Positions 59,346 through 64,000 of a stretch of 64,000 bases of DNA are shown here, piece by piece. The notes under the pieces are model-generated. The model saw only the letters and a program-made list of their open reading frames with translations, ran no database searches and was not told where the DNA came from. The DNA comes from Candidatus Latescibacterota bacterium. Its GTDB lineage: Bacteria; Latescibacterota; UBA2968. Where the stretch lies: positions 1,408,001 through 1,472,000 of the forward strand of contig OZ220741.1 of assembly GCA_965116885.1 (NCBI GenBank), given 5' to 3'. Each line of letters opens with the position of its first letter. Within the stretch, counting starts at the first letter, position 1. The position numbers and the translations under genes were made by a program.

Positions 59346-61052
59346 CTATAAAGTTTGTTGTTTGTACTCCTCAAATACCTCAGGCACGACCGTATGGAAA
59401 ACCTTGGGATACTCATCGCAATAGGACGTTTTGATATTGCCATCATTTTTTACATAAGCATGTGCAGCACATCCACCGCCACAAAAGAATGCATATTTGC
59501 ACTTACTGCAAGATGGCACATTAGAAATATTCCGATCATACCATTCTGATAAATGTTCATCATTGAATTCAACTTTATCCAAATAATTTCCAACTTTGTA
59601 CCGGTCTACACCCACCAATTCCCAACACGTATAGAGGTCTCCATAAGGATCAAGGATCAACATACCGTTCTGTGCGCCACAGAAGATGGGCCTAAAACTT
59701 AATAGCCCTTTACCATCAAGAGCTCGCTTGAAGGTCTGTCTAATGCCAGCATCTTGGCAAGAAATTTGGTGCATTAAGTCGGGATTTTCTTTTACAAACT
59801 GATAGTATTTGCGAGTAAACTCTCTTCTTGGCATCACCGAAACTTCTCCATTTTCAGAACGTACGGATTCCATTTCAAGCACAATGGGGCTTGTGCCTTT
59901 GCGGTAGTTCGAAAAAATTTCTTCCTCTCGTTCCACATCGATATATTGCTCTTCATCTATGTACACTCCAGGATCAAAAATTTCCTGTTCCTGGGGCTCA
60001 TTGTCCTTGAAAGATATGACAGAGGCAACAGACTCGGAGGGTTCAGAATCTGATGTTGGTGCTTCAATTGAAATAAGAGGTGCCGTCTGACCATAATTGC
60101 CTGGCGTCTTTTTACCAGACATTGTAGCACTACACGACATGCCTTCTTCAATCTGATGTACCAAGGCAGAATAGGCCGAAAATTTCGGATACTCTGTAAA
60201 TCCTCTATCTTTGAACAAATCAAATAATGCAGGTAAAATATCCACATTGTCGTAATCTGTATTGATTCGCATTGAAACTTGCACATCAAGCGACAGAGCA
60301 AGTGCCACATTTTTCATGATCGCACCAAAACTATCTCCTGCACGATAATGTGGACGCTTGCGATTGTGATTTTCTTCTTCGCCATCTAAGGTAATCTGGA
60401 GGCGTCTGATTTTTTGGGGACCTAATAAATCCGTGAAATGATGAAGGTCATAGCCATTTGTAATCGCAGAAAAGATGTAATCGCGTTTCAAACCTTCATC
60501 TACAATATACCGCACGATCGCTTTATTTTTTGCTAACAAAGGTTCTCCCCCATACAGAGTAATGTTCTTGCTATGCATGGCTCTGTTGGGTTGAATTTCG
60601 CACATGGCCTGGTATGCCCGGTCAACCATCTCCTTTGTAAAGACTTGCTTTGACCAGCCCTTGCCATGAGATGAAATGTCATTTTCAAAACAATAAGGAC
60701 AGCGGAAGTTGCAATCGTAGGCCACCAAGAATAAGAAAGATGCAGAGCTTTGGCTTGAGTTGTGGTGGAGAAAATTCGCCATGCTATGCACGTATTCTCG
60801 TTCTTCCACAGGAGAACGACTGGTCAGATAGCCACGCTTCATTAAGGTTTGGATCGTTTCTTTTGAACAAGGCAGTTCATCAAACATATCTTCCGAGAGA
60901 ACAACCTTGCTTTTGATCATCTGAGCGACTTTTTTATTTACTCTATCTATTGCGCCTGTATAGCCATGAACGAGCAAAGTGTAATCTGGATCTTCAGGCA
61001 GCTTGACACAAATCGTATAGGACGATACGCGATATAATTCTGAATTTGCCAT
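59346..61052 (-). CDS. Radical SAM/SPASM peptide maturase
   Basis: CNFRCPYC, YGGEPLL, ITNG, QITLDG; SPASM CGA...DPYGDLYTC...CSKCKYAFFCGGGC...C; N-terminal RRE-like region. Confidence 0.93.
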   Translation of the reverse strand: MANSELYRVSSYTICVKLPEDPDYTLLVHGYTGAIDRVNKKVAQMIKSKVVLSEDMFDELPCSKETIQTLMKRGYLTSRSPVEEREYVHSMANFLHHNSSQSSASFLFLVAYDCNFRCPYCFENDISSHGKGWSKQVFTKEMVDRAYQAMCEIQPNRAMHSKNITLYGGEPLLAKNKAIVRYIVDEGLKRDYIFSAITNGYDLHHFTDLLGPQKIRRLQITLDGEEENHNRKRPHYRAGDSFGAIMKNVALALSLDVQVSMRINTDYDNVDILPALFDLFKDRGFTEYPKFSAYSALVHQIEEGMSCSATMSGKKTPGNYGQTAPLISIEAPTSDSEPSESVASVISFKDNEPQEQEIFDPGVYIDEEQYIDVEREEEIFSNYRKGTSPIVLEMESVRSENGEVSVMPRREFTRKYYQFVKENPDLMHQISCQDAGIRQTFKRALDGKGLLSFRPIFCGAQNGMLILDPYGDLYTCWELVGVDRYKVGNYLDKVEFNDEHLSEWYDRNISNVPSCSKCKYAFFCGGGCAAHAYVKNDGNIKTSYCDEYPKVFHTVVPEVFEEYKQQTL

Positions 61053-61105
61053 AAGAAAACCTCCCTTGGATTGCGTGGGTATTATATTTTTTTATCCATA
61101 TACGC

Positions 61106-61294
61106 TTATTTTGCGAAATAGAGACATATTTCACCAGCCAATAACGATTGTTGTTCTATCTCTCTATTTTGCTGGCTCATTCTACGCATCATCGCGCGCA
61201 AGGCTTCAGATCGAACTTCATCGTTCCAGATAGCATAGAGTAAGGCGAGATGAGCCAAATGATCGCGTTTTGTTATCTGTGTCTGAGCATTCAT
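61106..61294 (-). CDS. Small protein (62 aa), first gene of the RiPP operon
   Basis: GAGGTG SD; paralogue at 42216-42383. Confidence 0.7.
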   Translation of the reverse strand: MNAQTQITKRDHLAHLALLYAIWNDEVRSEALRAMMRRMSQQNREIEQQSLLAGEICLYFAK

Positions 61295-61345
61295 AAGTCA
61301 CCTCAGTAAATTCTGATGTCGTTATTGTCTTTGCACGTTATATAT

Positions 61346-61361
61346 GGCAAGATGCGTGCCA
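61346..61361 (-). promoter_or_regulatory. Sigma54 promoter of the RiPP operon
   Basis: TGGCACGCATCTTGCC. Confidence 0.88.
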
Positions 61362-61383
61362 TAAACTCGTTCGAAATAAAAAA

Positions 61384-61413
61384 AAGCACTTGAATACGCT
61401 CAAGTGCTTGAAA
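61384..61413. promoter_or_regulatory. Inverted repeat / IHF-like site between enhancer and promoter
   Basis: AAGCACTTGA-N6-TCAAGTGCTT; minus strand TTTCAAGCACTTG resembles WATCAA-N4-TTR; related site at about 42472-42500. Confidence 0.55.
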
Positions 61414-61467
61414 AATAAAAAGATAAAACTTTTATGTTTTAAGTGCTATAAGAGCAAAAGGGATTAA

Positions 61468-61509
61468 GTGCAACATTCATGTTACACTTTTGGAACATTC
61501 ATGTGGCAC
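61468..61509. promoter_or_regulatory. Tandem palindromic upstream activator sites (copy B)
   Basis: GTGCAACATTCATGTTACAC and TTGGAACATTCATGTGGCAC, offset by 22 bp, 107-148 bp upstream of the -24 box. Confidence 0.65.
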
Positions 61510-61578
61510 CTGCTGCTGTCGGTTGACCAACCATGACCGCTAAAAAGCGAGAGGCTGGTGGTGGCTGACGGCTGGTCG

Positions 61579-62967
61579 CTATCTGTAAGTGGATACATCT
61601 ATGGTATATTTGGAGATTAACCGTTGCAGCCTGTGGCGATTCATTCCATTCTGTCTGGCTGCACGGGACACATTGCCGTTGTGCGCTTTGAGGAGGCGGT
61701 CAATAAAAGTCCGCTCAAATTTCTCAATCACGGCATCTTTGGCGTCCTGGAAAGGTAAATCGGTCTGCGCGGAAACAATGGTATCTCCGGTCTGAGCGAT
61801 TAAATTTTCAGGTAAATCCTCGATCTGGATCGCATCCGCATCTGATAGGGCCATGGCTCGCTCCATCACATGCATCAGTTCTCGCACATTGCCTGGCCAG
61901 ATATATTCGCACAATACATCCATCGCCTCGGTTGAAATACCTTGAATCGCCTTTTCAGAGGTCTCGGCAAAGTCGTTCAAAAAGTGATGAGCAAGAAGTT
62001 GAATATCTCCATGCCGATCCCTCAGAGGTGGCAGGTGAATCTCAAAGGTGTTAATCCGATAAAACAAGTCCTCTCGAAACCTGCCCTCTCCAATCAATGC
62101 CTCGATATTCTGATTGGTAGCCGAGATGAGACGGATGTCGATTTCTATCTCCTCATTGCTTCCCAGCCTGCGAATTTTGTGATCTTCCAGAACGCGCAAG
62201 AACTTCACCTGAAGGGGCATGGGCAATTCCCCGATTTCATCGAGAAAAAATGTCCCGCCCTTAGCGTGTTCGATTAACCCAACGCGGTTCTGTTTCGCAT
62301 CTGTGAACGCCCCTTTCGCATGACCAAACAGTTCACTTTCAACCAGATGCTCTGGCAGGCCCCCACAGTTGAGCGGAACAAACGGCTTATGGCTGCGCTT
62401 GCTATTTGCGTGAATACACTGAGCCACCAGTTCTTTTCCCGTTCCACTTTCTCCCGTGATCAGGACATTGGCATCTATATCGCTGATTTTTCGTATTAAA
62501 TCAAAGACCTGGGTGATCGCTACACTATTCCCGATGATGTTTTCGAACCGGAATCGCGTATCCAGCATTTGTTTGAGATCTCTGTTCTCCAACCTCACAC
62601 GCCGCAGTTTCAGTGCCCGTTCTATGACGATTAAAAATTCCTCTGGATCAAACAGCTTTTGAAGAAAGTCGAATGCGCCTGCCTTTATGGCTTCAACAGC
62701 ACCTTCGATGGTTCCATATCCCGTAAAGACGATCACAATAGCCTCTTGATCGCGTGCCATAATGCTTTGGAGCACAGCCATCCCGTCCATTCCGGGCATT
62801 TTCAAATCTACAATGACCAGATCGGGATTTTCCGTCTCGAACAACGCGAGACCTGCCTCACCCGACTCTGCTACGACAACAGCGTACCCCGCTGCCTCCA
62901 GAAACTTCTGGCAACCGCGCAACATATCCTGCTCGTCATCTATTACGAGGATTTTCTCTTTGTCCAT
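61579..62967 (-). CDS. Sigma54-dependent response regulator (copy B)
   Basis: REC/AAA+ near-identical to 42632-43987; different C-terminal HTH. Confidence 0.95.
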   Translation of the reverse strand: MDKEKILVIDDEQDMLRGCQKFLEAAGYAVVVAESGEAGLALFETENPDLVIVDLKMPGMDGMAVLQSIMARDQEAIVIVFTGYGTIEGAVEAIKAGAFDFLQKLFDPEEFLIVIERALKLRRVRLENRDLKQMLDTRFRFENIIGNSVAITQVFDLIRKISDIDANVLITGESGTGKELVAQCIHANSKRSHKPFVPLNCGGLPEHLVESELFGHAKGAFTDAKQNRVGLIEHAKGGTFFLDEIGELPMPLQVKFLRVLEDHKIRRLGSNEEIEIDIRLISATNQNIEALIGEGRFREDLFYRINTFEIHLPPLRDRHGDIQLLAHHFLNDFAETSEKAIQGISTEAMDVLCEYIWPGNVRELMHVMERAMALSDADAIQIEDLPENLIAQTGDTIVSAQTDLPFQDAKDAVIEKFERTFIDRLLKAHNGNVSRAARQNGMNRHRLQRLISKYTIDVSTYR

Positions 62968-62972
62968 CTCTC

Positions 62973-63391
62973 TTACTCCGTTACGGGTTGACTGCTTACC
63001 TCAATTCTTTACGCAGGCCGATCACTTGACGTCCTATTCCGATAATTTTGGGCACGCCGGTTTTGAGATATCTACCGATATAGCCATCGTGTTCACTTCG
63101 GTAGGGTTCGAGCATCAGCATTTTGACATTGTTTCCGATCACTTCCTCAGCGCGGTAGCCGAATATCTTCTCGGCAGCAGCATTGAATGTTTGTACAATC
63201 CCCTGAGTGTCAATCGTAATAATCGCGTCAATGGTCGTTTCCAGGATCGCCTTGTAAATGGCTTGTCGTCTCTTCAAGTGCGGTGAGCCTGCCTGCGTCG
63301 CCGCAGAGGCAGGGATTTGGTCTCTGTGTCCATCCCTGCTTACACCCGCAGGTACATGCCTATTAATCTGTGGTTCTCCACGAGCGTTCAT
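62973..63391 (-). pseudogene. Truncated PAS kinase (HisKA and HATPase domains deleted)
   Basis: After GLRK the DNA jumps to the paralogue's 3' end (equivalent of 44061-44808 missing); a second small deletion and compensating frameshifts. Confidence 0.85.
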
Positions 63392-63492
63392 TATCTTACC
63401 TTGAGATTTTGGCCTAATGGACAGGTCCATTTTTGTCTTGAATTGCGGGGCATTACATGATATGCTTGTTTTGAGGAAAAAATAAAAATAGA

Positions 63493-63526
63493 AGGCATAC
63501 TTCACCGTCCAAAGCAAAGTATGCCT
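63493..63526. promoter_or_regulatory. Conserved inverted repeat (candidate operator), copy B
   Basis: AGGCATACTT-N14-AAGTATGCCT. Confidence 0.6.
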
Positions 63527-63635
63527 CCGACCTTATCACCAACCCGTAAGAAAGTTGGCTTAAAAACAATTTGTATTCTTTAATACTCGTTGTCGAGAAT
63601 TTCTTTTCACACAATTCACACAGTTGAGGTACGCG

Positions 63636-64000
63636 ATGGTGAATGAGGTTGTGGCGACCAGGATATCCAAACATCTGAAACAACTCTATAGCAAGAGCAA
63701 AAATGGACAGAATGGCTGGCTGAAATTAGAGGTTATGGAGTCTGAAACAGACGTCAGTCGCCAAACGCTAAGCAGAATCCTTAATGGAAAGGCGAACAGG
63801 CTTTATGACAGAACAGCAATGAATTTAGCCGACTATATTGAAAAGGAAACAGAGGGAGAATTATCTGCTGACTATCTACTCAATGAATCTCAAAAGAATT
63901 ATATTGGAGCAGATTTGACAGGGACGGATTTCTCAGGTGAGGATTTAACGCACTTCAATTTTGCTCAAGCAGATCTTACCGGAGCGAACTTTGAAGGAGC
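63636..64000 (+). CDS. XRE-type HTH + pentapeptide-repeat protein; runs off the window edge
   Basis: Not in ORF track. Manual translation MVNEVV...LEVMESETDVSRQTLSRILNG...ADYLL...GADLTGTDFSGEDLTHFNFAQADLTGANFEG; GAGGT SD. Confidence 0.8.
   Translation, partial: MVNEVVATRISKHLKQLYSKSKNGQNGWLKLEVMESETDVSRQTLSRILNGKANRLYDRTAMNLADYIEKETEGELSADYLLNESQKNYIGADLTGTDFSGEDLTHFNFAQADLTGANFEG

Larger units (their letters stand above)
61146..63684. repeat. Copy B of duplicated regulatory cassette
   Basis: Direct repeat of 42235-45440. Confidence 0.9.

Overview
Bacterial chromosomal window. FCB-superphylum/Latescibacterota-like origin is an inference from an RpoD lacking region 1.1, a C-terminal paired EF-hand/dockerin-like motif, sulfatases, PhyH dioxygenases and a BMC gene. 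1-7.4 kb: decaying defence-type island (PLD nuclease, AlbA/Schlafen-HATPase, SIR2-TPR, YhcG remnant, Fic) with a captured alanine symporter. 7.6-21.7 kb: catabolic genes (lactonases, 2-hydroxyacid dehydrogenase, ThuA, two PhyH, two sulfatases, heparinase II/III-like) and an NtrC-type pair. 21.7-40 kb: housekeeping (coaD, lon, solA-like, BMC shell, rpoD, DUF2723, rhomboid, M23, PpiD, nadE). 40-64 kb holds the main result: a ~16 kb minus-strand RiPP cluster. It encodes a radical SAM/SPASM maturase, a 78-aa precursor with three C-x-x-H-D-C-x-x-D units at exact 14-aa period, an ABC exporter, three glycosyltransferase domains, WecB plus a UDP-sugar dehydrogenase, a class I isoprenoid-synthase-fold (ComQ-like) protein and an RRE-M50 protease. 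The cluster sits between two direct copies of a FixL-like PAS kinase / sigma54-activator / promoter cassette, in which the HTH domain and enhancer sites differ as one block. All family calls are from motif recognition by eye; no searches were run.
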